Origin: Thermodesulfobacteriota bacterium
Lineage (GTDB): Bacteria; DASVDK01
Assembly (NCBI GenBank): GCA_036381125.1
Contig: DASVDK010000171.1
Location: forward strand, 1-56,686
Length of the DNA stretch: 56,686 bases
Reading direction: 5' to 3'
Shown here: piece after piece, positions 18,881 through 28,560 of the stretch
Layout: each line of letters starts with the position of its first letter
How positions within the stretch are numbered: position 1 is the first letter of the stretch
Notes under the pieces: generated by a model
What the model was told of the DNA's origin: nothing
The model's input: only the letters and a program-made list of their open reading frames with translations
Database searches by the model: none
Translations under genes and position numbers: made by a program

Positions 18881-20563
18881 TCACTGGCCCAGTAAAGCCC
18901 CGGCATCGACGCCGTAGTCCCTTGCCGCGCCGGTCGGCGTGATGAAGCCGTCGATCAGGTCATCGACGATCGCGGACCGCTCCCGGCTCAGCGGATCACC
19001 GTACCCCCCGCCGCCGCACAGGCGGATCCGCAGCACGTCACCGCGCTTCATCGGGACGCAATCCTTCGACCCCAGCGCCTGCTCACGCCCGTCGGTCACC
19101 AGGACGGTCATCGCGAGCGCGCCGGGCTTGCCGCCCTCGATCCCGTAGGGCGCGGTGACGTGCCTGTCCCCGGCCAGCGTGCAGGTGGCCGAACTCGCGA
19201 GGAGTTCGATCTCCTTCTCCAGGCCGCACCCGCCGCGAAACCGGCCGCTGCCGCCGCTGTCCGGAACGAAGGCGAGCTTGCGGATCAGCACCGGGTTGGC
19301 GATCTCGTGCACCTCGACCGGGATGTTGGCGCAGTTGAACACGGGACACAGCGCCTCGACGCCGTCCGAGTCGGCCCTGGCGCCGTAGCCGCCCAGCACG
19401 ACGTCGTACATGACGAAGCGCTTGCCCGTCCGATCGTCGACACCGCCGATGTTCGGGTTGGACCAGTGTGAGAACGCCGCCATCGCCCGGTGGGGAATCG
19501 CCCTGGAGAGCGCGCCGGCCACCGCCTCGAAGATGCGGATCTGCACCGCCGCCCGGCCGCCGCTCGGCGCGGGAAACACCGGATTGAAGAACGATCCCTC
19601 GCGCGCCACGACGCTCACGAACGGCAGCGTGCCCTCGTTCTGCGGGATCCTCACCCCCGCCATCACGCGGACGGCGAAGCTCGCATAGGCCCGCGTATAG
19701 TTGATGTACGAGTTCAGCCCCGCGTTGACCTGGTCGCTGCTCCGAGAGAGATCGACGGTGATCGTGCCGTCCCTGACCGTGACGTCGACCGCCACCTCGA
19801 TCGGGCTCGTCCCCGGCCCGAAATCGTCCAGGCGGTCGTCGAACGACCAGGTTCCATCGGGGATCCTGCGCAGAACCTCGCGCATCTCGCGGGTCGAGCG
19901 CTCGAGGATGTCCTCGATCCCCTGCTCCACCACGTCGTGCCCGAGCGACTCGTAGAGCTGCGCCAACCGCCTGGTCCCCACGAAGTTCGCATTGCGCTGC
20001 GCCCGAAGGTCGCATTCCATCTTCTCCGGGAGCCGCACGTTGCCGAGGATGAGCCGCAGGAGATCCTCGTCGAACGTGCCTTCCTTCACGATCCTGATCG
20101 GCAGGATGCGCAGACCTTCCTGGAATGCCTCGGTAATCCCTCCGATCTTCTGCGACCCCGGCGCCGCGCCGCCGACGTCGACGTGGTGCGCGATGTTCAC
20201 CGCGAAGCCGACCAGCTCCGCGCCGACGAACGCGGGCGAGATCATGAAGCAGTCGGGCATGTGCCCCGATCCCAGGACGGGATCGTTCACGAGGATTGCG
20301 TCGCCGGGCCTCAGCGTTCCGGCGTCGACGTAGCGCAGCGCGTTCCTGACCACGTAGGGCATCGAACCCAGGTGCCCCGGCGAATAGTTCCCCTGGGCGA
20401 CGAGGCGGCCCCGCCGGTCGAAGAGCCCCGTGGAGAAGTCGTCCCCCTCACGCACGGCTTCCGAGTAGGCCGTGCGGCGGATCGTGCTCCCCATCTCCTC
20501 GGCGATCGAGAGCAACGAGTTCCACAACACGGATACGGTGATCGGGTCCGGGCGCGAACTCAC
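18881..20563 (-). CDS. Hydantoinase B/5-oxoprolinase beta-type subunit
   Basis: DPITVSVLWN…RRTAYS…DFSTG, NDPVLGSGHMPD, HHVDVGG, DSGGSGRFRGG and GGGGYGDP motifs; GTGA overlap with the A subunit. Confidence 0.93.
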   Translation of the reverse strand: MSSRPDPITVSVLWNSLLSIAEEMGSTIRRTAYSEAVREGDDFSTGLFDRRGRLVAQGNYSPGHLGSMPYVVRNALRYVDAGTLRPGDAILVNDPVLGSGHMPDCFMISPAFVGAELVGFAVNIAHHVDVGGAAPGSQKIGGITEAFQEGLRILPIRIVKEGTFDEDLLRLILGNVRLPEKMECDLRAQRNANFVGTRRLAQLYESLGHDVVEQGIEDILERSTREMREVLRRIPDGTWSFDDRLDDFGPGTSPIEVAVDVTVRDGTITVDLSRSSDQVNAGLNSYINYTRAYASFAVRVMAGVRIPQNEGTLPFVSVVAREGSFFNPVFPAPSGGRAAVQIRIFEAVAGALSRAIPHRAMAAFSHWSNPNIGGVDDRTGKRFVMYDVVLGGYGARADSDGVEALCPVFNCANIPVEVHEIANPVLIRKLAFVPDSGGSGRFRGGCGLEKEIELLASSATCTLAGDRHVTAPYGIEGGKPGALAMTVLVTDGREQALGSKDCVPMKRGDVLRIRLCGGGGYGDPLSRERSAIVDDLIDGFITPTGAARDYGVDAGALLGQ

Positions 20564-22644
20564 AGCCTGCCCTCCGTCCCAATGTCGATGATCAGATGCC
20601 CTCCCGGCTCGATGCGCCCCCGATCGCCCGGGAGGATCACGGTCGTGGCCTCGCGCTCCTCGATGATCGCGGGGCCGCTGATCGACTCGCCCGCACGCAT
20701 CGAGGCGCGATCGAACACGTCCACCTCCACGTAGCCCCCGGCTTCGGGGAAGTACGCCGCACGGCGCCGGCGGACCGACGTACCCCCCGCCCGGGACGAG
20801 ACCGTCGCCGCCTCCGGGCCCTTCGGCGTCCACTCCGCGCTGAGATACCATTCGGTCGCCTCGATCGGGACGCCGTGCTCGCGATACCCGTAGTTGCGCT
20901 GGTAGGCCTCGTGGAACAGCGACACCATGGCCGCGACCTCGTCGCCCCCGGCCGCCCCCTCGTCCGGCAACTCCACCCGCAAGTCGTAGCCCTGTCCGCG
21001 ATATCGCATGTGCGCTGCCCGTGACCACACGAGCCGGTCGCTCGCAACATCGAAGGTCGCGAGATGGGCTTCGATCCTCCGTCGGAGTTCCGCGAACACG
21101 TCCCTGATCTTTCCGACGGCGCCGTCCGCCAACTCGATCACCCGCGTGACGCCCGCGTCCACCTTCTGCTTCGCCTGCAGCAGGCCGATTGCCGAGCCCA
21201 CGCCCGCGCCGTAGGGCACGATCACCTTCCGGATGCCGACCTGGCGCGCCAGGCGCGCCGCGTGGATCGGCCCGGCCCCGCCGAAGGCGACGAGGGCATA
21301 CTGCCTGGGATCCCGGCCGCGCTCGATGGACACGAGCCGCAGCGCCCGCTCCATGTCGCTGTTGACCATCGCATGGATCCCCCAGGCCGCGCGTTCGACC
21401 GAGAGCCCCAGCGGCCCGGCGATCTTCTCCTCCACTCCGGCCTTCGCCAGGCCCCCGTCGAGCCGAATCGCCCCGCCGTTGAAGTTGTTCGGGTCGATGT
21501 AGCCGAGGACGACGTTCGAATCCGTGACCGTCGGATCGGTGCCGCCCTTGCCGTAGCACATCGGCCCGGGCACGGCCCCCGCACTGCTCGGCCCGACCCT
21601 GATCAGGCCCATCTCGACGCTGGCGATGCTGCCGCCGCCCGCGCCGATCTCGAGCAGCTCGATCGACGAAATGTTGAGCGGCAGCCCGCTGCCCCGAATG
21701 AAGCGGACCATGTCGACCTCGAAGGTCGAGGTAATGGCCGGCTGACCGCCGTCGATCGCGCCCAACTTCGCCGTCGTGCCGCCCATGTCGAACGTCAGCA
21801 CGTGCTGCAAGCCCAGCTCCCGGCCTATCCGCGCGCACATCAGTACGCCGGCGGCCGGCCCCGACTCGATGATGCGGACCGGGTACTCCCGGGCGAACTC
21901 CGGCGTGACGAGCCCGCCGTTGGACTGCATGATCGAAAGCGCGGCCCTGTAGCCGCGTTCGGCCAGAGACTTCTGGATTCCGTCCAGATACCGCGCCACC
22001 GTCGGCTTGACGTACGCGTTCGCCACGGCCGTGCTCAGGCGCTCGTACTCCCGATATCGGGGCGAGACGTCCGACGACAGGGTGACGGCACAGCGAGGCG
22101 CGTGTCGCCTGACCTCCTCCGCCATCGCCCTCTCGTGAGCCGGATTCACGTAGCTGTGCAGGAACCCGATCGCCACGCTCTCGTAGCCCTTCTCGGCCAG
22201 TTGCCTGGCAACCGCGGCCGCGGACGTCCGATCGAACGGCGCCACGACCTCGCCGGCCGCGTTCAGGCGCTCCGCCACCTCGAAGATGTCGCGCCGCCTG
22301 ACGAGGGCCTCGGGCTTGCGCATGTACAGATCGAACACGTCGTACCGCTTCTCGCGCCCGATCAGGAGCACGTCGCGGAAGCCCTCGGTCGTGATCACCG
22401 CCGTCCTGGCCCCCTTGCGCTCGAGCACGGCGTTCGTCGCCACGGTCGTCGCGTGCAGCAGCTCGGTCACCTCGCGGGCGGCCAGGCCCGCGCGCTGCGC
22501 GAGCTCCTGCAGCCCCCGCATGACGCCCACCGCCGGATCCTCGGGCGTCGTCGGCACCTTGTGGAACACGAGCTCCCCGTGACCGTCGCGGGCGAGCGCG
22601 AAATCCGTGAAGGTCCCGCCGATGTCGAAACTGATCCGAGCCAT
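20560..22644 (-). CDS. Hydantoinase A/5-oxoprolinase alpha-type (ATP-binding) subunit
   Basis: DIGGTFTD, HATTVATNA, ESGPAAG, DMGGTT, GAGGGS and AFGGAGP motifs. Confidence 0.95.
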   Translation of the reverse strand: MARISFDIGGTFTDFALARDGHGELVFHKVPTTPEDPAVGVMRGLQELAQRAGLAAREVTELLHATTVATNAVLERKGARTAVITTEGFRDVLLIGREKRYDVFDLYMRKPEALVRRRDIFEVAERLNAAGEVVAPFDRTSAAAVARQLAEKGYESVAIGFLHSYVNPAHERAMAEEVRRHAPRCAVTLSSDVSPRYREYERLSTAVANAYVKPTVARYLDGIQKSLAERGYRAALSIMQSNGGLVTPEFAREYPVRIIESGPAAGVLMCARIGRELGLQHVLTFDMGGTTAKLGAIDGGQPAITSTFEVDMVRFIRGSGLPLNISSIELLEIGAGGGSIASVEMGLIRVGPSSAGAVPGPMCYGKGGTDPTVTDSNVVLGYIDPNNFNGGAIRLDGGLAKAGVEEKIAGPLGLSVERAAWGIHAMVNSDMERALRLVSIERGRDPRQYALVAFGGAGPIHAARLARQVGIRKVIVPYGAGVGSAIGLLQAKQKVDAGVTRVIELADGAVGKIRDVFAELRRRIEAHLATFDVASDRLVWSRAAHMRYRGQGYDLRVELPDEGAAGGDEVAAMVSLFHEAYQRNYGYREHGVPIEATEWYLSAEWTPKGPEAATVSSRAGGTSVRRRRAAYFPEAGGYVEVDVFDRASMRAGESISGPAIIEEREATTVILPGDRGRIEPGGHLIIDIGTEGRL

Positions 22645-22717
22645 CAGAACCTCCAAGCCGGAGGGCGCCTTGCGCCGTCCCGCCCGGCGTGACCTACCGG
22701 TATCCTATAGCACACCG

Positions 22718-22746
22718 TTGTATCCCATGGTATGCTGGATTATAAT
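22718..22746 (+). promoter_or_regulatory. Sigma70-type promoter of the CMD-tctBAC-mmgE operon
   Basis: TTGTAT-N17-TATAAT in the divergent intergenic region; three GTAT(C/G)C repeats between 22700 and 22735 overlap or lie just upstream of it. Confidence 0.7.
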
Positions 22747-22852
22747 GCCGGTGTACGGCGCCACGCAAGCAAGGGCCTCCGGCGGTGCACGCCCCCGCGT
22801 GGTGCGACCGACCGCCTTCTCGGCTCCGTGCCGATGACCCCGGGAGGGTGCT

Positions 22853-23587
22853 GTGCTTTCTGACGAGATCGGCGGCGGCGTCATCCGGGACGACGTCAAG
22901 CGGGCCGTCGAGGCCGAGATCCAGCGGCGACTCGACGGCACGAACGGCACCGGGGCGCTGTCGGCGAAGTATCGTGAACTCCTCCTGCTGTCGATCGCCG
23001 CGACGCGCCTCAACGCCTGTCTCAGCGAGCTGCACGCGCGGCGTGCCGTCCGGTTGGGCGCCACGCCCGAGGAGGTGCGCGACGCCGCGCTGACGGTCAT
23101 TCTCACCGGCATGATCCGCTGGAAGATGGCGGGCATGGGCGCCTTCGTGGCCGCGGCCGAGGCGGCCGGCGCCCCGGCCACTCCCCCGGACGAGGGGGAG
23201 GTCCAGGGGATGCGCGACTACGTGCGCAAGGTACTGAACCGCGAGTTCCCGGACATGTGGGAGACCCTGGCGGCCGCCGCTCCCGGCGTGCTGGAGGGCT
23301 ACATGAAGCTCCGCGCGCACATCCTTCGCCCCGACGCACGGGACGGTGCGTTGCCCAAGTGGATGCTGGAGCTCATCGTGACGTCCTGCGACGTCGTGCA
23401 GGCCAACGCGTGGGGGGCGGAGATGCACGCGCGCCAGGCGATCCGTGACGGCGCGACGCCGGAACAGGTGCTCGACGCGATCGCGCTCGTCATGGTCGAG
23501 GCGGGGGTCCCGGCGTACAGGACCGGCGGCCGGGACGTCATCGAGGCGGCCGAGGACGAAGCCCGCCGGCGGCCGGCATCGCGTTGA
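22853..23587 (+). CDS. Tandem carboxymuconolactone decarboxylase (CMD/AhpD-like) protein
   Basis: Two GAL..K..EL…H.R.A.R.GATPE repeats; no CxxC motif. Confidence 0.85.
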   Translation: MLSDEIGGGVIRDDVKRAVEAEIQRRLDGTNGTGALSAKYRELLLLSIAATRLNACLSELHARRAVRLGATPEEVRDAALTVILTGMIRWKMAGMGAFVAAAEAAGAPATPPDEGEVQGMRDYVRKVLNREFPDMWETLAAAAPGVLEGYMKLRAHILRPDARDGALPKWMLELIVTSCDVVQANAWGAEMHARQAIRDGATPEQVLDAIALVMVEAGVPAYRTGGRDVIEAAEDEARRRPASR

Positions 23588-23707
23588 TACCGGCGGCGTT
23601 TTCCGCGTACCGCATGGCGTCGCATGCGCTCGAGCTCCACCGAGTCGCCATCCGAGGAGGGCTCGCATGACCGCGTCTTGCCACGTCCCTACTCCGCCGG
23701 TGGCCCC

Positions 23708-24169
23708 GTGAAGCGGATCGATTGCACGCGCGGCCCGACGCTCAGCCGGCTGCTCGGGTTGGTCTCGCTGGCACTCGCCGTCACCTGCTTCAGGGAAGGC
23801 CATCGGCTCTGGACCGGATGGGCCGGCTCGGGCGTGATGCCCGGACTCGTCGGCGTCCTGTACGTCGTCCTGGCCATCGGCTTTGCCGTGTTCCCGGCGA
23901 AGGACACGCCGCGGGCCGCGCCTCTGGAGAAGACCCAACGCCGAGGGATCGTCACGATCGTCGTCGCCTTCGCGGTCTACCTGGCGCTGATCCAGACGCT
24001 CGGCTTCCTGCTCAGCACCTGGGCATTCCTCTTCGTGGCCACGCGGGTCATGCCCGGCTCGACCACCATCGGCGCATTCCTGTGGGCGGGTGCCCTGTCT
24101 TCGGGCAGCCACCTCCTCTTCAGGGTGGGACTCGGCACCGCTCTCCCGCCCGGGCGATTCGGATTCTGA
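23708..24169 (+). CDS. tctB: Tripartite tricarboxylate transporter small subunit
   Basis: Four TM segments, G.GVMP, LGFLLST and C-terminal LPPG; directly upstream of tctA. Start uncertain. Confidence 0.75.
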   Translation: MKRIDCTRGPTLSRLLGLVSLALAVTCFREGHRLWTGWAGSGVMPGLVGVLYVVLAIGFAVFPAKDTPRAAPLEKTQRRGIVTIVVAFAVYLALIQTLGFLLSTWAFLFVATRVMPGSTTIGAFLWAGALSSGSHLLFRVGLGTALPPGRFGF

Positions 24170-24178
24170 GGCGGCGGC

Positions 24179-25696
24179 GTGGAAAACCTTGCCCTCCTGT
24201 CCGCCGGCTTCGCCAACGCCCTCACCGCCACGAACCTCGCCTACGCCCTGCTGGGCTGCCTGCTCGGCACGATGGTCGGCGTGCTTCCCGGGCTCGGGCC
24301 GACGGCGGGGATGGCCATCCTGCTTCCCGTCACCGCATGGCTGTCGCCGATCCCCGCGATCATCATGCTCTCGGCGATCTTCTACGGCGCCATGTACGGC
24401 GGCTCCACGACCGCCATCCTGATCAACGTGCCGGGAGAGGTCTCCTCGGTGATCACCGCGGTCGACGGCTACCGAATGGCACAGCGCGGCAGGGCCGGCG
24501 CGGCGCTTGCCGTCGCCGCCATCTCGTCGTTCGTCGCCGGCACGATCGCCCTGATCGGCCTCACGTTCTTCGCGCCGGCTCTCGCAAGCGTCGCCCTGTC
24601 GATGGGCCCGCCGGAGATGCTGGGACTGATCGTCTTCTCGATGTCGATGATCATCACCCTGTCCGGTCCGTCCCTCTTGAAGGGGGTCTTCTCCGCCGCG
24701 ATGGGCATTCTCGTCGGCATGGTCGGATTGGACCCGACGCTCGGCAAGGCCCGCTTCACCTTCGGGGTGACCCCGCTGCTGGGCGGCATAGACCTGATCG
24801 CGGTCGTGATGGGCCTCTTCGCGCTCACCGAGGTCTTCAAGAGCGTGGCGTCGGGTGCGCTTTCGATCTCGTCCGAAAGGCTCCCACCCTGGTACCGGTT
24901 CCTGACGTTCCAGGAGCTGCGTGCGAGCTTCGGCGCCATGTTGCGAAGCAGCGGCCTCGGCTTCCTGCTCGGCTGCCTGCCCGGCATGACTCCGGGCGTC
25001 GTCTCGTTCATGGTCTACGACGCCGAGAAGAAGGTGTCGAGGAACAGCCGGAACTTCGGGAGCGGCGCGATCGAAGGCGTTGCCGCGGCCGAGGGGGCGA
25101 ACAACGCCTGCTCCGCCGCGAACTTCGTGCCCATGCTCACGCTCGGAATTCCGCCTTCCACGTCGATGGCCGTCCTCATGAGCGGCCTGATCATCTACGG
25201 GCTGCAGCCCGGTCCGCTCATCTTCGAGAAGGAACCGGCCTTCGTCTGGACCGTCATCGGGAGCATGTACATCGGCAACGTGATTCTCCTGGTTCTGAAC
25301 CTCCCGTTCGTCGGCCTCTGGGCCAAACTCGTTCGCGTTCCTTACTACTTCATTGCCAGCCTCATTCTCCTCTTCTGCTTCATTGGAACGTATACGGTCC
25401 GCAACAGTCTTTTCGACGTCGGTACCTGTCTCGTGTTCGGGATCATCGGTTTCCTGATGGACCGACTCCGCATTTCGGCACTGCCGCTGGTTCTTGGCCT
25501 GATCCTCACGCCGCTGTTCGAGAACTTCCTGCGGCAGACGATCGGCATGGGCGGCGGCTCGCTCTCCGTGCTCGCCGAGCGGCCGATCGCCATCGGCTTC
25601 CTGGCACTGGGCTTCATCACGGCCGCGATCGCGCTCTACCTGCGCGCGAAGGGCGCCGGGCTGGCTCGTTGTCTCGATGCGGAAGAGGCCTCATGA
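24179..25696 (+). CDS. tctA: Tripartite tricarboxylate transporter large subunit
   Basis: GVLPGLG, YGAMYGGSTTAILINVPG, DGY.MA, AAEGANNA and PMLTLGIP motifs. Confidence 0.95.
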   Translation: MENLALLSAGFANALTATNLAYALLGCLLGTMVGVLPGLGPTAGMAILLPVTAWLSPIPAIIMLSAIFYGAMYGGSTTAILINVPGEVSSVITAVDGYRMAQRGRAGAALAVAAISSFVAGTIALIGLTFFAPALASVALSMGPPEMLGLIVFSMSMIITLSGPSLLKGVFSAAMGILVGMVGLDPTLGKARFTFGVTPLLGGIDLIAVVMGLFALTEVFKSVASGALSISSERLPPWYRFLTFQELRASFGAMLRSSGLGFLLGCLPGMTPGVVSFMVYDAEKKVSRNSRNFGSGAIEGVAAAEGANNACSAANFVPMLTLGIPPSTSMAVLMSGLIIYGLQPGPLIFEKEPAFVWTVIGSMYIGNVILLVLNLPFVGLWAKLVRVPYYFIASLILLFCFIGTYTVRNSLFDVGTCLVFGIIGFLMDRLRISALPLVLGLILTPLFENFLRQTIGMGGGSLSVLAERPIAIGFLALGFITAAIALYLRAKGAGLARCLDAEEAS

Positions 25697-25764
25697 GGAG
25701 ATGTGACCAGACTCCGCCCGTTCGTACGTCAGGGAGTTGGGTGCGCGTAACAAAGGAGTCAGTG

Positions 25765-26757
25765 ATGCGACGCCAGTTCCTCCTCACCGCCCTCGGCATG
25801 GTGCTGCTGGCCTCGGTGTCGACGCCCGCGGCCGGCCAGTCGGAGTATCCCTCCCGGCCCATCGAGCTGGTCGTTCCCTATGCGACCGGCGGGTCGACCG
25901 ACATCCTTGCCCGGATCCTGGCCAAGTACGTCTCCGAAAAGAAGGGAATAGCCTTCAACGTGGTCAACAGGCCTGGCGGCAGCGGCATCATCGGCGTGCG
26001 CGAGGTGTTGAACGCCAGGCCGGACGGCTACACGCTGCTGGCCGACACCCACGGTGCCAGCACCATGATCGGGGCATTCAACGATCCGGCGGACGTGCCC
26101 TTCGACTGGAGGAACCGCACCTGGATCGGGATGATGGACAAGGACGTGATCCTCTACCTGGTCAAGGAGGATTCGCCCTGGAAGACGCTCAAGGACGTGG
26201 CGGAGTACGCCAGGCAGAACCCGAAGAAGTTCCGCTGGGGAACGACAGGCCGCGGCGGCATCGCGATCCCGGCGATGCAGCAGTTCTTCGAGGCCAGCGG
26301 CATCCCGGCCGACGCCGTGGCGGATACGCAGGTGCTGTTCAAGAGCGGCGGCGAAGGGCCGGTCGCCCTGGCGGCGGGGAACATCGACTTCGCCGCGCAG
26401 CAGATCCCCGAGGCACTCGGCCTGATCCAGGCCAAGCGGATCCGCGCGCTCGCCGTCATCTCGGATGAACGCCTGCCCCTGTTCCCGGATGTGCCCACCG
26501 TTGCCGAGGCGGGTTACCCGATGATCGACGTGGCCGGATGGCACGGCGTCTCGGGCCCGCCCGGGCTGCCCAGGAACGTCGTCGACTACTGGGTGACCTT
26601 GTTGAAGGAAGCGAACGCCGATCCGGTGTTCCGGGACATGCTGGAACAGGTGAGAAAGGTTCCCGTGTTCCTCGGACCCGAGGAGTTGCGGGCTTTTGCC
26701 GAGAAGGAGTACGAGAAGTACCTCGACGTCGCGCGAAAGCTCGGCTGGAGAAAGTAA
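25765..26757 (+). CDS. tctC: TctC/Bug periplasmic substrate-binding protein
   Basis: Signal peptide, YPSRPIELVVPYATGGSTD, NRPGGSG, PDGYTL and PDVPTVAEAG; RBS AAAGGAG. Confidence 0.95.
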   Translation: MRRQFLLTALGMVLLASVSTPAAGQSEYPSRPIELVVPYATGGSTDILARILAKYVSEKKGIAFNVVNRPGGSGIIGVREVLNARPDGYTLLADTHGASTMIGAFNDPADVPFDWRNRTWIGMMDKDVILYLVKEDSPWKTLKDVAEYARQNPKKFRWGTTGRGGIAIPAMQQFFEASGIPADAVADTQVLFKSGGEGPVALAAGNIDFAAQQIPEALGLIQAKRIRALAVISDERLPLFPDVPTVAEAGYPMIDVAGWHGVSGPPGLPRNVVDYWVTLLKEANADPVFRDMLEQVRKVPVFLGPEELRAFAEKEYEKYLDVARKLGWRK

Positions 26758-26765
26758 CGCGCCCG

Positions 26766-26807
26766 GAAGGCCTCGCGTACCGGCTCGCACCGGTGCGCGG
26801 GGCCTTC
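26766..26807 (+). terminator. Stem-loop after tctC (mRNA stabiliser or attenuator)
   Basis: GAAGGCCTCGCGTACCGG-CTCGCA-CCGGTGCGCGGGGCCTTC, 18-bp stem with two G-U pairs; no U-tract. Confidence 0.55.
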
Positions 26808-26856
26808 GTCATCTCATCGGACGCCCGGTTCTCACGAGAGGGAAGGACGATCACGC

Positions 26857-28239
26857 ATGGGCTCGGATGCTACCGTCGCAGAACAACTCGGGCACTTTCT
26901 GAGCACGCTCACGTTCGAGCGTCTCCCACAGGAGGTCGTCGAGAAGTCGAAGATATGTCTGCTCGACGCGATCGGCACTGCGCTCGAGGGGTATCGGTTC
27001 GAGCCCATCTCGCTCGCCTACGACGTCGCCGAAACGACCTCGGAGCGAGGCGACGTGACGCTCTGGGGACGCGGCCGCACGGCCGGCGTCCTGCCCGCGG
27101 CGTTCGCCAACTGCGTGGCGATCCATGCCCTGCTCCACGACGACACCTTGATGAACTCGTGGAGCCACCCGGCCGGCCCGGTGGTCGCTGCCGCCGTGGC
27201 GGTGGCCGAGTGGCGGGGAGCCAGCGGGGCACGGACGCTGCTCGGCATCGTGGCCGGCTACGAAGTCATGGGTCGGCTCGGCGGCGCCGGCGTGGTCGCA
27301 TTCGACGGCATCCGCCGCGGGTTTCGCGCCAACTCGACCTACGGTGTCTTCGGCGCCGCCGCGGCCGCCGCCACCATCATCGGCCTGAACGAAGAGGCGT
27401 ATGCCAATGCGCTCGCCTGCGCGGCGAGCTTTGCCAACGGCATCATCGAGCCGTTGCACGCCGGCTCGATGGAGTGGCGCCACGAGACCGGCGTCGCCGC
27501 GCAGAACGGCGTGCTCGCGGCCCTGCTCGCCCAGCGCGGCCTGAGGGCCGCGCGTACCGCCTTCGAAGGCAGGTTCGGGTTCTGGAGGGCGTTCGGTGAT
27601 GCGGCGGAGCCGCCGGCCTCGGCTACGGCCGGGCTCGGCCGGTCTTTCCAGATCACTCAGGCCTTTCACAAGCCTTACCCGACCGCGTCGGAGTACACAT
27701 GGAACTCCGCGATGTACGTCACCCACCAGCTCGCGCTCGAGAACGGGATCGACTACCGAGAGGTCGATCGCTGCGAGATCACGGTGATGACGAAGATGCT
27801 GACGTACCCCGGTCTCGCGTACGCCGGTCCGTACGTGAACATCGACCAGGCCATCGCCTCCAAGCCGTTTGCGATCGCGGCGATCCTCAAGAACCACGGC
27901 TTCACCAGCGACGTCTACCGGACGCAACTGCAGAGCCCCGAGCTCCTCGAGCTCGCCCGGCGAGTCCGGGTCCGCGGGTGCGATGCCTGGAACGACGAGT
28001 GGCGCTGCCACGTCTCCGTCGTCATGAAGGACGGCCGTGTGTTCAGTGGGGACGAACGCATGGTCGAACGGAGCATCTTCTACCCGAACCGCCAGCAGAT
28101 CACCCGGAAGTTCCGGACCATGCTCGCGGAGACGCCGTTCGGTCCGTGCTGCGACGAGATCGCCGCCCAGGTGTTCGCTCTCGATACCGCCCCCAGCGTC
28201 AAGCCGATGACGTCAAGCCTGGCTCGCCCGGCTCGATAG
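26857..28239 (+). CDS. MmgE/PrpD family protein (copy 3)
   Basis: AAFANCVAIHALLHDD…SHPAG, GYEVMGRL, AFEGRFGF and HKPYP motifs. Confidence 0.88.
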   Translation: MGSDATVAEQLGHFLSTLTFERLPQEVVEKSKICLLDAIGTALEGYRFEPISLAYDVAETTSERGDVTLWGRGRTAGVLPAAFANCVAIHALLHDDTLMNSWSHPAGPVVAAAVAVAEWRGASGARTLLGIVAGYEVMGRLGGAGVVAFDGIRRGFRANSTYGVFGAAAAAATIIGLNEEAYANALACAASFANGIIEPLHAGSMEWRHETGVAAQNGVLAALLAQRGLRAARTAFEGRFGFWRAFGDAAEPPASATAGLGRSFQITQAFHKPYPTASEYTWNSAMYVTHQLALENGIDYREVDRCEITVMTKMLTYPGLAYAGPYVNIDQAIASKPFAIAAILKNHGFTSDVYRTQLQSPELLELARRVRVRGCDAWNDEWRCHVSVVMKDGRVFSGDERMVERSIFYPNRQQITRKFRTMLAETPFGPCCDEIAAQVFALDTAPSVKPMTSSLARPAR

Positions 28240-28379
28240 CCGTCCTTCGTGCGTCGAGCCCGGCCATGCCGGTGCGTGCGTGGCGCGCGGCGGCGGACCC
28301 GGCGGGCGTGGTCTCCAGCATGGGAAGCGGCGGCCTGGCGCGGCGGGTGGCCTCCGGCTGGCGGCCTCCACGGTCCCGT

Positions 28380-28560
28380 CGGCCGCCTCGAGCGGGCGAA
28401 CGCCGGGGGCCGACGTCGCGGCAGACCCTCGCGAGCGCGCCCTGGCCGCGGGCGAAGCGCCCTCGTGAGCCGCAGCCCGCCTCGGCCGCGCCACGCCCGA
28501 GACGCTCGTCGGCTTGCATGCGCGCTACTCCCGGACGCGGCGCGACCGGAGCGCCCCGGC
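28380..28560 (+). pseudogene. Degenerate tyrosine integrase C-terminal fragment
   Basis: RQTLAS/(frameshift)ALAAGEAPS*AAARLGRATPETLVGLHARYSRTRRD resembles integrase box II (RHTFAS…LGH…Y); lies ~100 bp from the tRNA 3' end. Confidence 0.65.

Noticed and set aside
28466-28468. In-frame TGA in the integrase remnant as Sec
   Set aside because: It falls at a probable Trp position in a frameshifted, decayed fragment, so a TGG>TGA nonsense change is more likely.
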